A stretch of DNA of 63,659 nt, the filler included, from Octopus bimaculoides (Eukaryota): the NCBI RefSeq assembly GCF_001194135.2. It is 8 parts of 6 records of this genome, joined end to end, with 100 filler letters (N's around TTAATTAATTAA, not from the genome) between each part and the next. Parts side by side here need not be neighbours in the genome. Positions count along the whole stretch, not along the records: positions 61,737 to 63,659 come from NW_026305254.1; 7 more parts are not named here. One strand, given 5' to 3'. The number at the start of each line of letters is the position of its first letter. The stretch's first letter is position 1. Below, piece by piece: positions 62,875 through 63,659 of the stretch. The position numbers and the translations under genes are program-made. The notes under the pieces are model-generated. The model worked only from the letters and a program-made list of their open reading frames with translations, made no database searches and had not been told where the DNA came from.

Positions 62875-63659
62875 GTACGAAGGAACGAACGAACTTACGT
62901 AAGTACGTAGGCAGGAAATAACGAACGACCGTACGTAAACAGGCAAGAAATAACGCACGTACGTACGAACGAACGAATGTACGTACGAACGAACGAACGT
63001 ACGTACGAAGGAAATAACGAAAGAACGTACGAACAAACAAAGGAACGAACGTACGTACGAACGAACGAACGTACGTACGCAGGGAATAACGAAAGAACGT
63101 ACGAACAAACAAAGGAACGAACGTACGTACGAACGAACGAACGTACGTATTACTTAGGCAGGAAATAACGAAAGAACGTACGAACAAACAAAGGAAAGAA
63201 AGAACGAACGAACGTACGTATTACGTAGTCAGGAAATAACGAAAGAACGTACGAACAAACAAAGGAACGAACGAACGAACGTACGAACGAACGTACTTAT
63301 TACGTAGTCAGAAAATAACGAAAGAACGTACAAACAAACAAAGGAACGAACTAACGAACGAACGAACTAACGAACGAACGTATGTATTACGTAGGCAGGA
63401 AATAACGAAAGAACGTATGAACAAACAAAGGAACGAAAGAACGAACGAACGTACTTATTACGTAGTCAGGAAATAACGAAAGAACGTACGAACAAACAAA
63501 GGAACGAACGAACTAACGAACGAACGTACTTATTACGTAGTCAGGAAATAACGGAAGAACGTACGAACAAACAAAGGAACGAAAGAACGAACTAACGTAC
63601 GAACGAACATATGTATTACGTAGTCAGGAAATAACGAAAGAACGTACGAACAAACAAAG
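62875..63659. repeat. Satellite of 71-87 bp units built from GAAC/GTAC/AAAC tetramers; runs off the window end
   Basis: Anchor GGAAATAACG(AAAGAACGTACGAACAAACAAAGGAA) at 63010, 63082, 63161, 63232, 63311, 63398, 63469, 63544 and 63627. Confidence 0.97.

Noticed and set aside
62875-63659. Constant block plus variable spacer, CRISPR-like at first sight
   Set aside because: The spacers are tetramer repeats rather than unique sequence, there are no cas genes, and the context is eukaryotic.

Overview
AT-rich, repeat-dominated eukaryotic DNA with no confidently identifiable host protein-coding gene, tRNA, rRNA or CRISPR. The SINE, LINE and microsatellite complement suggests a cephalopod (Octopus-like) genome; this is my inference from recalled repeat families. 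Roughly a fifth to a quarter of the window is N. Seven identical 100-bp spacers (44N-TTAATTAATTAA-44N) split it into eight blocks that may not be biologically adjacent. Nearly all ORFs in the supplied track are microsatellite or N artefacts. The real coding remnants are decayed transposons: R4/Dong-like RLE retrotransposons piled into (TAA)n arrays at 1.3-6.0 kb, two Tx1/L1-clade LINE pieces, a CR1-like 3' end, Penelope-like fragments, and several mariner/maT derivatives. At least three tRNA-derived SINE families (called A, B and C here) recur throughout. Best leads: (1) a Dong-like insertion with twin-priming 5'-inversion geometry (2901-5430); (2) a TAA-microsatellite niche shared by several Dong subfamilies, a non-coding TAA-flanked passenger element, and SINE A in the opposite polarity; (3) several foldback elements; (4) a terminal satellite with unit lengths of 71+4k bp.
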